Notes under the pieces: model-generated
What the model was told of the DNA's origin: nothing
The model's input: the letters and a program-made list of their open reading frames with translations, nothing else
The model's database searches: none
Translations under genes and position numbers: made by a program
Part shown: positions 9,906 to 18,963 of the stretch, piece by piece
Layout of the letters: each line of letters begins with the position of its first letter
Position numbering within the stretch: position 1 is the stretch's first letter
Assembly (NCBI GenBank): GCA_963703795.1
Contig: CAVPFT010000063.1
Coordinates: 116,047 to 180,046, forward strand
Source of the DNA: an uncultured Actinomycetota bacterium
GTDB taxonomy: Bacteria > Actinomycetota > Actinomycetes > Mycobacteriales > Mycobacteriaceae
Direction of reading: 5' to 3'
Length of the DNA stretch: 64,000 nt

Positions 9906-9989
9906 TAACTTTCGCCGTGCCCGTTTCGTCTTAGTAGCGAGCAAGCAACAGCGCTTGCCCGCAAAACAGGTCCGCCGAAAGGAATCGCG

Positions 9990-10421
9990 ATGTCGAACAT
10001 GGCTGCAGAACCGATCGTCCGCAACACTCGGTGGCGTGCCGGTCGGGTCGTCACGATCGCGATCGCCGCCACGGCAACCGGCCTGGCGTGGCTCTTGGGA
10101 CGGCTGGCCCACGTTGACTACATCGTGGACACGCCAATCGGCGCCCGGGCAATCACGCTCGCGTTGACGATTGTCGCCACCGGGGCCGCGGGACTGGCCG
10201 GCTGGGTGGTGATCGCCCTGCTGGAGCGCTACACCTCATCCCCCCGGCGCGTGTGGATCGCGCTGACCCTGGTCGTTCTCATGCTGTCCATCGTGCCGGT
10301 CTTCCGGACCACCGCGAACCTAGACACCCAAATCATGCTGACCGCGTTGCACTGTGTCGCCGCTGGAGTTCTGATCCCCGCTCTGCCCCAGCGGGACACG
10401 ACGGCAAACCGCCGCCGGTAA
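9990..10421 (+). CDS. Small four-TM membrane protein (DUF6069-like)
   Basis: Four hydrophobic segments; ALLER..PRRVW, LSIVP, LTALH..A pattern. Confidence 0.7.
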   Translation: MSNMAAEPIVRNTRWRAGRVVTIAIAATATGLAWLLGRLAHVDYIVDTPIGARAITLALTIVATGAAGLAGWVVIALLERYTSSPRRVWIALTLVVLMLSIVPVFRTTANLDTQIMLTALHCVAAGVLIPALPQRDTTANRRR

Positions 10422-10438
10422 CTATCAAAGGAGTGATC

Positions 10439-11161
10439 ATGCAAATAGTGATCTTTGGTGCCAATGGCTTGACCGGACGGCTGCTCACGCGTCGCGTGCT
10501 CGACGCCGGTCACTCGGCGGTGGCCGTGACGCGGCGGCCTGACGACTTCCCCCTCACCGATCCGCGGCTGACGGTCGCGGATGCGGACGTGCGGCGCGAT
10601 AGCCTCGGCGGGACTGTCACCGGCGCCGACGCCGTGCTGTCGACGCTCGGTGTGCCGTTCACCCGCCAGCCCGTCGACACGTATTCGATCGGCACCCGCA
10701 ATGTCGTGAACGCGATGCGCGAGACCGGCGTCAATCGACTCGTCGTCGTGAGTTCCACCGGTGCCTACCCTGCGCCCGGCCGGCGCCATGCGCCACTGAT
10801 GTTACGGCTGTTTGAGCCCATCATCACCCGCACCATTGGCAAGACTGTCTACGACGATATCCGGCGGATGGAAGCGTTGGTGCGCGAGAGCGGCCTGGAC
10901 TGGACGATCGTGCGTCCGTCGGGGTTATTCGATTTGCCGCAGGCCACGAGTTATGTTGCTGGAGAGACGGATCCGGTCGGCGCATTTACCGCCCGCATCG
11001 ACCTGGCGGACTACCTCGTCAAACTCACCCAAGACCGGACGGCAACATTGAAGACCGTTGTTGTCTCCACGACCGAGCACACGCCGACGGTGTGGGAGAT
11101 GATCCGACGCGAGGCATTCGAGAGCGACGCGCAGCCGACGAATGCCGCGGCGTCGTCGTAG
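10439..11161 (+). CDS. NAD(P)H-binding oxidoreductase (flavin reductase/BVR-B-like atypical SDR)
   Basis: MQIVIFGANGLTG; RLVVVSS; SGLDWTIVRP; ATG 10439 after AAGGAG. Confidence 0.88.
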   Translation: MQIVIFGANGLTGRLLTRRVLDAGHSAVAVTRRPDDFPLTDPRLTVADADVRRDSLGGTVTGADAVLSTLGVPFTRQPVDTYSIGTRNVVNAMRETGVNRLVVVSSTGAYPAPGRRHAPLMLRLFEPIITRTIGKTVYDDIRRMEALVRESGLDWTIVRPSGLFDLPQATSYVAGETDPVGAFTARIDLADYLVKLTQDRTATLKTVVVSTTEHTPTVWEMIRREAFESDAQPTNAAASS

Positions 11162-11197
11162 CAGCTTTGCCGCACTCATACCGGCTCCGAAATAGTT

Positions 11198-11266
11198 CGC
11201 CGAACGTGTAATCACTGCGACGACACGCCGATCCCGTTCGCACTGATTACACGTTGGGCGCGTCAG
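11198..11266. repeat. REP-like palindrome, right copy of the 29-bp direct repeat
   Basis: CGCCGAACGTGTAATCACTGCGA (11198-11220) / TCGCACTGATTACACGTTGGGCG (11238-11260), 21/23 complementary. Confidence 0.85.
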
Positions 11267-12450
11267 GAGGCTTTCGGCGGTGAGTAATTGGGCTTGCCCA
11301 GACCAAGCGCGTGCTGCCCGATCATGTTTCGGAACACCTCGAGCGTGCCGCCGTAGATTCCCACCAACGGGGCGAAGCGGTACACGTACTCGGCGCTGCC
11401 GTCGTCGGCGGCCCCGTCGGTCCCGAACGGCAGCGTCGACGCGGCCCCGAGTATGTCCATCAGGTCCGGGGAGATGTCTCGCATCGTTTGTGCGATCGCC
11501 ACCCGGCCGAAGATGTTCGGCGCGCTGAGCGCCCCCTCCACCCGGGCGACGCTGCGGCCCAGCCGATACGCGACCGACTTGTCCTCGATGAGCCGGCGGC
11601 CGCTGGCGTCGGGTCGAGTCACGCCCGCGGCGGCCTTGTCGACCGCTTCGGCCATGGACCCGGCCTGGTGCATCATGATTGAGGTGTCCTGCAGGCCGTC
11701 GGGTGCGGCCGCGACCGCCCCGTGCTCGGTGTTGAGCGGCTCGCGCAGCACCGTCCAGCCCGCGTTCACGTCCCCCAGCCGATACTTGTCGTCAACGCGG
11801 ACGTCGCTGTAGTAAACGACGTTGGTCCGGTCGCCGTCGACGGTGCGGACGCCCTGGATTTCGATGCCCGGCGAGTTCAGCGGAACCAGGAACATGGTCA
11901 GGCTCTTGTGCTTCGGCGCGTCCGGCGCGGTGTTGGTGATCAGGAAAGCGTATCGGCAGTTGTGCGCACCGGTGGTGAACATCTTCGACCCGTTGATCAC
12001 CCAGCCTTCGCCGTCGCGCACCGCACGGGTCTTGCAGGTGGCGACGTCGGACCCGCCGTCGGGCTCCGTGTAGCCGAGGCACAACCGGATCTCGCCGGTG
12101 AAGACCCCGGGCATCACCTCGTCCTGCAGTTCGGGCGAGCCGAACTTCGCCACCGACCGCGCCACCATGGCGGTGGTCCCCCAGGTCACCCACGGCACGT
12201 GCGCCCGCCGCTTCTCCTGCTCCCAGATGCGGCGGCGCACCCGGCTGAAGCCGCCCTCGGAATGCGGCTTCCACTCGGCCTCCAAATAGCCTGCGGCGCC
12301 GAACTTCAGATGCAGACCCTCATCGAAGTTATCGCCCGTCTCGCGGTCTCGACGCCTGACCTCCTCGGTCATGTGTGTGCCCAGAAAGCTTCGGGCTTCC
12401 TCCAGGAAGGCCCGGTCTTCGTCGGACAACTCGACCCGGGAGAAATCCAT
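11263..12450 (-). CDS. Acyl-CoA dehydrogenase, catalytic subunit of a probable alpha2beta2 pair (FadE17-like)
   Basis: CLGYTEPDGGSD, WVINGSKMFTT, IYGGTLEVFRNMI. Confidence 0.9.
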   Translation of the reverse strand: MDFSRVELSDEDRAFLEEARSFLGTHMTEEVRRRDRETGDNFDEGLHLKFGAAGYLEAEWKPHSEGGFSRVRRRIWEQEKRRAHVPWVTWGTTAMVARSVAKFGSPELQDEVMPGVFTGEIRLCLGYTEPDGGSDVATCKTRAVRDGEGWVINGSKMFTTGAHNCRYAFLITNTAPDAPKHKSLTMFLVPLNSPGIEIQGVRTVDGDRTNVVYYSDVRVDDKYRLGDVNAGWTVLREPLNTEHGAVAAAPDGLQDTSIMMHQAGSMAEAVDKAAAGVTRPDASGRRLIEDKSVAYRLGRSVARVEGALSAPNIFGRVAIAQTMRDISPDLMDILGAASTLPFGTDGAADDGSAEYVYRFAPLVGIYGGTLEVFRNMIGQHALGLGKPNYSPPKAS

Positions 12451-12471
12451 CGTTTCGCTCCTGTCTTACCG

Positions 12472-13518
12472 TTATGCGCTCTCGCGGGCGGCCACGAACT
12501 CGGCAACGCGCCGTGCGGTGGCTCCCGGATCGCCGGCGGCCAGCGGCCATCCCCGGGCGCGCACCAGGTACGCCGTGGCCGCGGCCTCGGCCGAAACGCC
12601 AAGGCCGCCTTGGATGTGGACCGCCATCGTCGCCGCCTTGGCGGCCTCCTCCGCCATGAAAACGAAGGCAGCGGGCGCCAACTCGGGTCGTTCGTCGGGT
12701 TCGTTGTCCAAGAACCAGGCGGCGCGCCGGGCGAGGTTGCGTCCGCCCTGCACGGTGATGGCCATGTTCGCCAGGGGGTGCGAAATGGCCTGCAACGTGG
12801 AGATGGGCACGCCCAGCGTGTAGCGGTTCTTGGCGAACTCCGCCGCGATGGTCATCGTCTCCTCGACCAGACCCACCAGGGCCGACGCGGTCAGCAGCCG
12901 CCATTCATCCAGGGCCCGTTGGTAATTGGCCAACGCTTCGGGCCCTTCAGCTACCACCGCACGGGTGTCAGCGGCGGCCGGGTCCACCCAGGCCATCGGT
13001 AACCGGCCGAGGTTGTCGACCTTCGCCGGCCGGGTGCCGAAGGTCAGGCGCACGACCTGATCGCCGTCGGCGACGATGATGTGGTCGGCGATCGATCCCG
13101 TTGGAATCAGCCGGACACCCGCCGGACTGTCGATCCGGGCATCGAGCGCGGCGAGCTGTTCGCCGTTGGCCAGGCCGGCGGTATCGGCGTCCAATGCTTC
13201 CAGGCGGCCCAGCAGCCGGGCGGCGCACACATGGTCGATCCACGGAACCGGCGCCAGCGACCGGCCGATCTCTTCGGCCACCAGGGTGAGGTCGACAAGC
13301 GTCGCCCCGTCACCGCCACAGGACTCCGGTAGTGCCATCGTCGTCGCGCCCATCGCGCACAACCGCTCCCACAGGTTCTTGTCGAAACCGGAAGGTTCTG
13401 CGGCGCGCACCGTTTCGATCGAACAGTGGGTCTTGAAGAACTGCTTATAGGCGTCCTGGAGAGCGACATGGTCGTCGGAGAGACTGTAGTCCAGTCTGCG
13501 CAGTTCGAAGCGGTCCAT
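12472..13518 (-). CDS. Acyl-CoA dehydrogenase, short partner subunit (FadE18-like)
   Basis: MDRFELRRLDYSLS; RYTLGVPISTLQAISH; VHIQGGLG; about 348 aa, lacking the N-terminal FAD motif; start 13518. Confidence 0.88.
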   Translation of the reverse strand: MDRFELRRLDYSLSDDHVALQDAYKQFFKTHCSIETVRAAEPSGFDKNLWERLCAMGATTMALPESCGGDGATLVDLTLVAEEIGRSLAPVPWIDHVCAARLLGRLEALDADTAGLANGEQLAALDARIDSPAGVRLIPTGSIADHIIVADGDQVVRLTFGTRPAKVDNLGRLPMAWVDPAAADTRAVVAEGPEALANYQRALDEWRLLTASALVGLVEETMTIAAEFAKNRYTLGVPISTLQAISHPLANMAITVQGGRNLARRAAWFLDNEPDERPELAPAAFVFMAEEAAKAATMAVHIQGGLGVSAEAAATAYLVRARGWPLAAGDPGATARRVAEFVAARESA

Positions 13519-13520
13519 CG

Positions 13521-14351
13521 TCAGCGTTCCTTCCCGAAGAAAAACTCCCGCGCGTTGTTGTAAAGGTAGTTGTCCAGCACCTCGCCGGGCAGGTCGAGCG
13601 CGCGAGCTTCGGGTATCACTCGGCGCATGCGCAACACCGGCCAGTCCGACGCGTAAATCACCTTGTCGGGACCACGCGTTCGCATGTAGTGCAGCAGGCT
13701 TTCCGGCAGTCGCTTGGGTGACCACGCCGAGGTCATCAGGCGCAGATTGGCGTACTTGAGCAGCAACCGGATCGCGACGTCCCACCACGGGTCGGCACCG
13801 TGGATCATGCACAGCTTTAGTTCGGGGAACCGCACACACACCCGGTCGAGGTGCATGGGATGCTGCACCTCGCCGGGGATCGGCGGCCCGGGGATGCCGG
13901 TGTTGACGCACAGCGGGAGATCGAGTTCGGCGCACTTGGCGTAGAGCGGATAGTAGACCGCGTCGCTGGGCGGATACTGCCCGTCACCCCAAAAGCTGGG
14001 TCCCACTGCGGCATAGGCGACCGGCAGGTCGGCCACGATAGCGGTCAATTCGCGCAACGACCGCACCGGACGCAACAGGTTAGCGCCACCCATGGCCAGC
14101 GCGAACCGGTCCGGTTTGGCGTCGACGAACTTACGCGCGGTGGTGGACGGGCTGGCGAGCGAGTCCATCAGGATCGCCTTCCGCACGCCGTGGGCGTCCA
14201 TCTCGTCAAGCAGCTCGGACAGATCGACCGGCGCGAACATCGACTCCGGACCCTTGAAGTAATCGTCCCTGACCTTGAGCATCCAAGTGGGCTGCGAGTC
14301 GGTTTCGCCGAAGTGCACGTTGACCAGGCAGTCAATCGCTTTGGCGGTCAT
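13521..14351 (-). CDS. Amidohydrolase_2 family metallohydrolase
   Basis: YPLYAKCAELDLP, RFPELKLCMIHGA, KVIYASDWP. Confidence 0.88.
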   Translation of the reverse strand: MTAKAIDCLVNVHFGETDSQPTWMLKVRDDYFKGPESMFAPVDLSELLDEMDAHGVRKAILMDSLASPSTTARKFVDAKPDRFALAMGGANLLRPVRSLRELTAIVADLPVAYAAVGPSFWGDGQYPPSDAVYYPLYAKCAELDLPLCVNTGIPGPPIPGEVQHPMHLDRVCVRFPELKLCMIHGADPWWDVAIRLLLKYANLRLMTSAWSPKRLPESLLHYMRTRGPDKVIYASDWPVLRMRRVIPEARALDLPGEVLDNYLYNNAREFFFGKER

Positions 14352-15967
14352 GACACCTTCTCTTCGGCTCGTTCTTTGGCCCACCGGTAGTTGGGTTTTC
14401 CATTGCCGAGACGCTCAATCTGCTCGACGAAGATGAAAGCCTTCGGCGCCTTGAAATGCGCCAGCTGCGAGGTGCAGAACGTGTAGAGGGCCTGCCCGTC
14501 AGAGCTGAGCTCGGCGCCCGGGTGCGGCGCGATGAGCGCGACGACCTCCTCACCCCAGCGCTCGCTGGGTCGTCCTATTACCAGGGCGTCGGCGATGTTC
14601 GGATGTGCGCGCAGCACTTCTTCAACCTCTTCGACGAACACCTTTTCGCCACCGGTGTTGACCACCAACGAATCTCGTCCGAACAGGCGGATGGTGCCAT
14701 CCTTTTCCAGGGATGCGCGATCGCCCGGGATCACTACCCGTTGGCCCTCGATCTCCGGGAAGGTTCGTTGCGTGGCTTCGGCGTCGCCGAAATACCCGAG
14801 CGGAGTCCGGGCCTTCCTCGCCACCCAGCCGATCTCCTCCTCACCGGGCCGCAAAAACCGGCTTCGGTCGGCGGAGATGACGGTCGCGCCGAACCTGGGT
14901 TGAAAGGTTTCGCTCGCCGTTCCGTCGTGGCTGTACCCGAACGCCATGTTACCGGTCTCCGAGGATCCGTAACCCTCGATGATGGTGACGTGTGGCAGGC
15001 ATTCCATCAGTGCCCGTTTGTATTTCGCGTTGGTGGCGGCCCCGCCGGTGCCGATGGAGTTGAGGGACGACAAGTCGTACGAATGCGCGCGCAGTTCGGC
15101 GATCAGGGGTCCGGCGTACGCGTCGCCGACCATCGTCATCATGCCCACCTTTTCGCGCTCGGCGGTTTCCCACACCGACCGCACGTCGAGCTTGTGGCGA
15201 TCGTCGTACAGCACGACAGGCAGGCCGGCGCAGAGCGCCGAGAACGCGGTCCACATGCCGGCGGCATGCATCAGCGGAGAAACGGCGAACCAGGGTGGGC
15301 CGCCGTTGCGGACTTTGTCATGGATCTCGGTGACGCTGTCGTGGTCGGCCCCCACCATCGACAACACATACATGTCGCTCTGTCGCCACAGGACGCCCTT
15401 GGGCCGCCCCGTGGTCCCCCCGGTGCACATCATGATCAGGTCATCCGGCGACCCCGCGAGGTGAAAGTCTGAGCGGCCGGTCGCCAGGGCATCATCCAGC
15501 GAGATCGCTCCCGGCAGTTCGGCGGCCCCGCTTCCGTCGTCGATGGACACCAGCAACTCCGTGCCGATGGGCGGCAACACGTCCGCGAACCGGGCGCCAA
15601 GGGAGCGGTGATAGATGATGCCGCGGGGCCGGATGTAGTCAAGCAGGTCGCGGATCTCACGCACCGAGTAGTGATGGTTGATGTTGACCGGCACGACGCG
15701 CGCCTTGAGGCATCCGATCACCATGTCCGGGTACAGGTCGTTGTACATGATCAGCGCGACCCGGTCCTGACCACATTCCCAGCGCTCGATCGTCTCGCGT
15801 GCGGCGTAAACCCCGAATCCCTTGTCGCTGAGATAGTTTGCCAGCCTGTTGGTTCGGCTCGCCGACTCGGCGAAGGTGCTGCGGCGGTCTCCGCATACGG
15901 TCATCAGGCGGTCGGGAACGACATCGGCGATAGCGTCGAGCACATCCCCGACGGTCCATTCGCTCAC
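14348..15967 (-). CDS. Acyl-CoA synthetase (FadD19-like paralog)
   Basis: CTGGTTGRPKG, GYGSSETG, VNTGGEKVFVEEVE. Confidence 0.92.
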   Translation of the reverse strand: MSEWTVGDVLDAIADVVPDRLMTVCGDRRSTFAESASRTNRLANYLSDKGFGVYAARETIERWECGQDRVALIMYNDLYPDMVIGCLKARVVPVNINHHYSVREIRDLLDYIRPRGIIYHRSLGARFADVLPPIGTELLVSIDDGSGAAELPGAISLDDALATGRSDFHLAGSPDDLIMMCTGGTTGRPKGVLWRQSDMYVLSMVGADHDSVTEIHDKVRNGGPPWFAVSPLMHAAGMWTAFSALCAGLPVVLYDDRHKLDVRSVWETAEREKVGMMTMVGDAYAGPLIAELRAHSYDLSSLNSIGTGGAATNAKYKRALMECLPHVTIIEGYGSSETGNMAFGYSHDGTASETFQPRFGATVISADRSRFLRPGEEEIGWVARKARTPLGYFGDAEATQRTFPEIEGQRVVIPGDRASLEKDGTIRLFGRDSLVVNTGGEKVFVEEVEEVLRAHPNIADALVIGRPSERWGEEVVALIAPHPGAELSSDGQALYTFCTSQLAHFKAPKAFIFVEQIERLGNGKPNYRWAKERAEEKVS

Positions 15968-15994
15968 GATGCTGGCTGCTCTGACTCTGCGCCG

Positions 15995-17203
15995 CTAGGC
16001 GGCCACAGCCGCTTTCACACCCAGGAAGTCCACCGCGTTGTCGCGCATGATCTTCCGGACATCGGATTCACTGAATCCCTTGAGTTCCTCGGTGAAGGAC
16101 AGCGGCGACTCCAGGCCCTCGCCGTGCGGCCAGTCGGAGCCGAACAGGATGCGGTCGACGCCGATCTTTTCGCTGAGGGCCGTCAAATCTTCTTCGTAGT
16201 ACGGCGCCACCCAAACGTGTTGGCGCAATGCGTCAACCGGATCGTTGGGGAACCAACGCGGCTGCTGGTTCGCCGTCTTCTTCAAACGCTTGATGAGTCG
16301 GGCCACCCACTCCGAGCCGTTCTCGATGCTGGCCACCCGAAGCTTGGGGTGCCGGTCGAACACTCCGTGCACGATCAGGGACGCCATGGTGTCGTGAATC
16401 GCCCGGTCGTCGACGAGGATCTTGTCGAGCGGGTCGGGGGCCGCGAAGGCCTCGAAAGTGTCCTTACCGCCCCACATACCGGCGATCTTCAGATAACCGC
16501 TGTCGCCCAGATGGAATGCCACCGGGACGTTTGCCTCGGCGAGCCTGGCCCAAACCGGGTCGTGCGACGGGTGCCCAAGTGAGCGGTTCTTCGGTATCCC
16601 GGGCACGGGAGCGGGCCGCACGTGAACCAGCCGCGCGCCGCGCTCCAGCACGAAATCGATTTCCTCGACGGCCTTTTGCGGGTCGGCGAGCGAAATCATC
16701 GGCGCCGTGAGGACGCGGTGATCGTCCCGATCGAAACCCCAGTCCTCGTCGAGCCACAGGTTGAAGGCGTGCAGCGACGCCATCGTGCACTCCACGTCGC
16801 CATTGAGCGCTTCCTCGACCCCGCAACCGAAGGTCGGAAACATGATGCCCGTCTCGATGCCCTGCTCGTCGATGATCGCGACCCGGGCGTCCCGGTTCTG
16901 GTATTCCGGTCGCAGCTCGAGTTTCTCCACCTGCAGCAGGGACGCCGGATCGACGCCTTCGGGAATCTCGCCGCGGAACAACAGGTCCAGGCAACCCGGC
17001 ACGATGATCGGATCGAAGGTCGGGTTGGGAATGAAACGGTTGACCCGATCGCCGATGATCGCCTGGGTGTGCCGGCCGTCGCTGAACATCTGAACGCCAC
17101 GCCTGCGGAACTTCTTGTCCAGGTGCCGGGTGAAGGCGTCCAACGGTTCGTAGTAATGGTTGTCGACGTCGATCGCCTGGTAGCCCAAGTTGCCCATGGT
17201 CAT
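15995..17203 (-). CDS. Amidohydrolase_2 family metallohydrolase
   Basis: IDVDNHYYE, PVAFH, GVFDRHPKLR..IENG, ILFGSDWPHGEG. Confidence 0.9.
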   Translation of the reverse strand: MTMGNLGYQAIDVDNHYYEPLDAFTRHLDKKFRRRGVQMFSDGRHTQAIIGDRVNRFIPNPTFDPIIVPGCLDLLFRGEIPEGVDPASLLQVEKLELRPEYQNRDARVAIIDEQGIETGIMFPTFGCGVEEALNGDVECTMASLHAFNLWLDEDWGFDRDDHRVLTAPMISLADPQKAVEEIDFVLERGARLVHVRPAPVPGIPKNRSLGHPSHDPVWARLAEANVPVAFHLGDSGYLKIAGMWGGKDTFEAFAAPDPLDKILVDDRAIHDTMASLIVHGVFDRHPKLRVASIENGSEWVARLIKRLKKTANQQPRWFPNDPVDALRQHVWVAPYYEEDLTALSEKIGVDRILFGSDWPHGEGLESPLSFTEELKGFSESDVRKIMRDNAVDFLGVKAAVAA

Positions 17204-17221
17204 CCTTTCCGGTGTCAGCGG

Positions 17222-18088
17222 CTAAGCGTCGGTTGAAGTGAGCTTCCCAAACAAAGGAGGAAACTGCGGGGGCCGCTTCTCGAGGAAGCTCGTGATCCCT
17301 TCGATGACGTCCGGCCGCGGCATCGCCTCGTGCAGCAAGACCTCGGCCCGCGAAGTGGCTTCTACGACATCGCGAGTGGCGTCGCCGTATACCTGTCTTT
17401 TGATCACCGCCATCGAAGCCGGCGAGCAATTTTGCGCGACGTCCTCCGCGTACTCGAGGGCGCGCTTCATCAGGTTTTCGGGCGCGACGACCTCTTTGAC
17501 GAGGCCCAGCCCGGCCGCCTCCTCGGCGAGAAAGGTGCGGCCGCTCAACAACAGGTCGAGGGCGACGCCCCAGGAGGTCAAGCGCGGAAGTATCCAGGAG
17601 ATGCCGAACTCGGCGATCAGTCCGCGGCGAGCGAACACGGCGGCGAACTTGGCCCCGGCGGCCGCGAACCGCACATCGCACATCAGCGCCTGGGTCAGAC
17701 CGATGCCGACGCAGGAACCGTTGATGGCCGCGACGACGGGCTTGCGCAGCGTGGTCACAAAATGCGGTGGGCGCTCGCCCACCAGGTCGGCCAGGTTCGT
17801 CTGACCCGCCTTCTTCATCGTCTCGCCGACCTTGGGGGCCGACCCTGGTGCGCCCAGATACGCGCCGGCGCAGAACCCCCTGCCCCGACCGGTCAGCACG
17901 ATCACCCGGATGGCCGGGTCTTGTTCGGCGCGGTCGATCGCTGCGTAGAACCCGGCAGCGATGTCGGGGCCCCAGGCGTTGAGGCGCTCCGGGCGATTGA
18001 AGGTGAGGATTGCGACGCCGCGCGCCGTGGTCTCGTAGAGCACCGCGTCGTCGGAAGCGCCGTCGCTGCCGGACATCTCCCGCGGCAC
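17222..18088 (-). CDS. Crotonase/enoyl-CoA hydratase-isomerase family protein
   Basis: LTFNRPERLNA, GRGFCAG, KPVVAAING, EKRPPQF. Confidence 0.9.
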   Translation of the reverse strand: MPREMSGSDGASDDAVLYETTARGVAILTFNRPERLNAWGPDIAAGFYAAIDRAEQDPAIRVIVLTGRGRGFCAGAYLGAPGSAPKVGETMKKAGQTNLADLVGERPPHFVTTLRKPVVAAINGSCVGIGLTQALMCDVRFAAAGAKFAAVFARRGLIAEFGISWILPRLTSWGVALDLLLSGRTFLAEEAAGLGLVKEVVAPENLMKRALEYAEDVAQNCSPASMAVIKRQVYGDATRDVVEATSRAEVLLHEAMPRPDVIEGITSFLEKRPPQFPPLFGKLTSTDA

Positions 18089-18132
18089 CTCCTCGCGCTA
18101 GCACAGTCGGATTCAGCCTACTTTGTACGCAT

Positions 18133-18151
18133 TACTGTATACCTATCGGTA
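18133..18151. promoter_or_regulatory. Putative TetR operator TACTGTATACCTATCGGTA
   Basis: 19-bp motif match upstream of the 18088-to-11263 operon. Confidence 0.7.
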
Positions 18152-18224
18152 CCGCATTCCACAACTGTCGCCAAGCCCTCGCGAACCGCGACCCAACAGC
18201 GAATTTGCGGGGCTTTTCGAGTCT

Positions 18225-18497
18225 CTAACGGGACAGCCGTCGACCGGTGATGAGTTTGACGATCGTCAGCAGGATCACCGCCCCCAGCAGACACGTCAGA
18301 AACGAAAACAGCAGCCCCCCGCCGGCGACGTCAACATGGAACACGCGCAGCACAAAACCGCCCACCAGGCCGCCGATGATGCCGACCACGATATTGAGAA
18401 TCAGCCCCATTTGGGCGTCCGTCCCCATGATCTTGCTGCCGACCCAGCCCGCCAAGCCGCCGATGATTATCCAGCCGATGACACTCAGAGCGAGCAT
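18225..18497 (-). CDS. GlsB/YeaQ/YmgE transglycosylase-associated stress membrane protein
   Basis: WIIIGGLAGWVGSKIM..NIVVGIIGGLVGG..LLGAVILL. Confidence 0.9.
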   Translation of the reverse strand: MLALSVIGWIIIGGLAGWVGSKIMGTDAQMGLILNIVVGIIGGLVGGFVLRVFHVDVAGGGLLFSFLTCLLGAVILLTIVKLITGRRLSR

Positions 18498-18630
18498 TCC
18501 CGATCCTTTCGCGTGGCTACCACCGTATGCCCAGGAGGTTGTGGTGTTTGCCACACCCCGACATGTTTCCCCTCACCCCGTGGCAGGGAACCCCTTCCAA
18601 AGTCAGCGATTAGCCAAGGGAGGGAGCGTA

Positions 18631-18867
18631 ATGGTTGACATCAACAGTGGCTTGGCCGAAGCGGTCAAGGGCGTCGTGGAAGACGTGAAGGGCAAGGCCA
18701 AGGTGGTCATCGGCGCGTTGACGGGTCGTGACAACTTGTTCAACGAGGGCAAGGCCCAGCAGGACAAGGCCCAAGCTCAGCGCAACGCCGCAAAGAAGGA
18801 GGCCGAAGCTGAATCGGCCCGTGCGGCGGCTAAGGTCGCCGAGAAGCGCCAGAAGGCCGAACAGTAG
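18631..18867 (+). CDS. CsbD-like stress protein (microaggregate-binding protein type)
   Basis: VKGVVEDVKGKAK..GALTGRDNL..EGKAQQDK; RBS GGAG; GTTT-N17-GGGAA SigF-like promoter at 18565-18590. Confidence 0.85.
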   Translation: MVDINSGLAEAVKGVVEDVKGKAKVVIGALTGRDNLFNEGKAQQDKAQAQRNAAKKEAEAESARAAAKVAEKRQKAEQ

Positions 18868-18883
18868 CTTAGCTACCACCCCG

Positions 18884-18918
18884 GGAAGGCCCGGTCACCG
18901 TCGGTGATCGGGCCTTCC
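18884..18918. terminator. Strong hairpin between convergent genes (probable terminator)
   Basis: GGAAGGCCCGGTCACCG-T-CGGTGATCGGGCCTTCC near-perfect inverted repeat. Confidence 0.75.
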
Positions 18919-18963
18919 TGTATGTGCCGCAAGTCCCTGTGCCGCACGCATTTTGGCGGTCCG

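Noticed and set aside
9838-11266. Palindromic repeats considered as a CRISPR array
   Set aside because: Only two copies, 1.3 kb apart, with no regular spacers and no cas genes.
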